Virus record (IMG/VR): IMGVR_UViG_3300044680_000280
Location: 124,001 to 188,000 of that record
Strand: one strand, 5' to 3'
DNA length: 64,000 bases
A program made the translations under genes and the position numbers. Positions 63,883 through 64,000 of the stretch are shown in pieces. The first letter of the stretch is position 1. The number at the start of each line of letters is the position of its first letter. The notes under the pieces were generated by a model that did not search any database, had not been told where the DNA came from, and saw only the letters and a program-made list of their open reading frames with translations.

Positions 63883-64000
63883 GTACTTCTCTCAAAAAAC
63901 TTCATCTCCACCCCTGTCCGCCCACTGCGGCAACTTGACTTCTCTTAGTATGTTGAACCCTTTTGATGAAATAGCACTGAATATCTTCGCGTAATCATTG

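Noticed and set aside
63723-63911. 62-aa minus-strand ORF
   Set aside because: No protein-like features; better explained as the antisense of the plus-strand HTH relic
1-64000. Stop-codon reassignment, as in some jumbo phages
   Set aside because: TAA, TAG and TGA all end full-length recognisable genes (terL and the actin-like gene end in TAG), and coding density is already high
1-64000. CRISPR array, DGR/reverse transcriptase, integrase, IS element, rRNA
   Set aside because: No repeat-spacer pattern or matching motifs seen; the tandem repeats found are all coding

Overview
All 64 kb reads as the virion-morphogenesis region of a large tailed dsDNA phage (myovirus morphotype, probably a jumbo phage). 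About 65 tightly packed genes lie on the minus strand under the standard genetic code. In transcription order (right to left): BACON/Ig-like protein, internal-head candidates, putative TerS, TerL, three tandem decoration-like paralogs, portal, a 1293-aa acidic protein, Zn-finger prohead protease, Q-rich scaffold, decoration protein, major capsid protein, a fibre/adhesin block, neck genes, an actin-like ATPase, a putative tail terminator, and a tail sheath of more than 1381 aa that runs off the left edge. Nearly all plus-strand ORFs in the track are antisense shadows. The top observation is a fractured structural gene at 11205-12860. An atypically split intein (32-aa IntN, 128-aa IntC) is carried on two separate ORFs, with a free-standing TnsA-like PD-(D/E)XK nuclease ORF between the halves. 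Other notable items: an R-S-E ADP-ribosyltransferase with a leader motif shared by several head-region proteins, a GH5 lipoprotein between duplicated fibre genes, an antisense tRNA with a Val anticodon on an Ala-type (G3:U70) acceptor stem, a Dps-like protein, and a candidate late-promoter motif. All functional calls come from motif recognition by eye; no database search was run.
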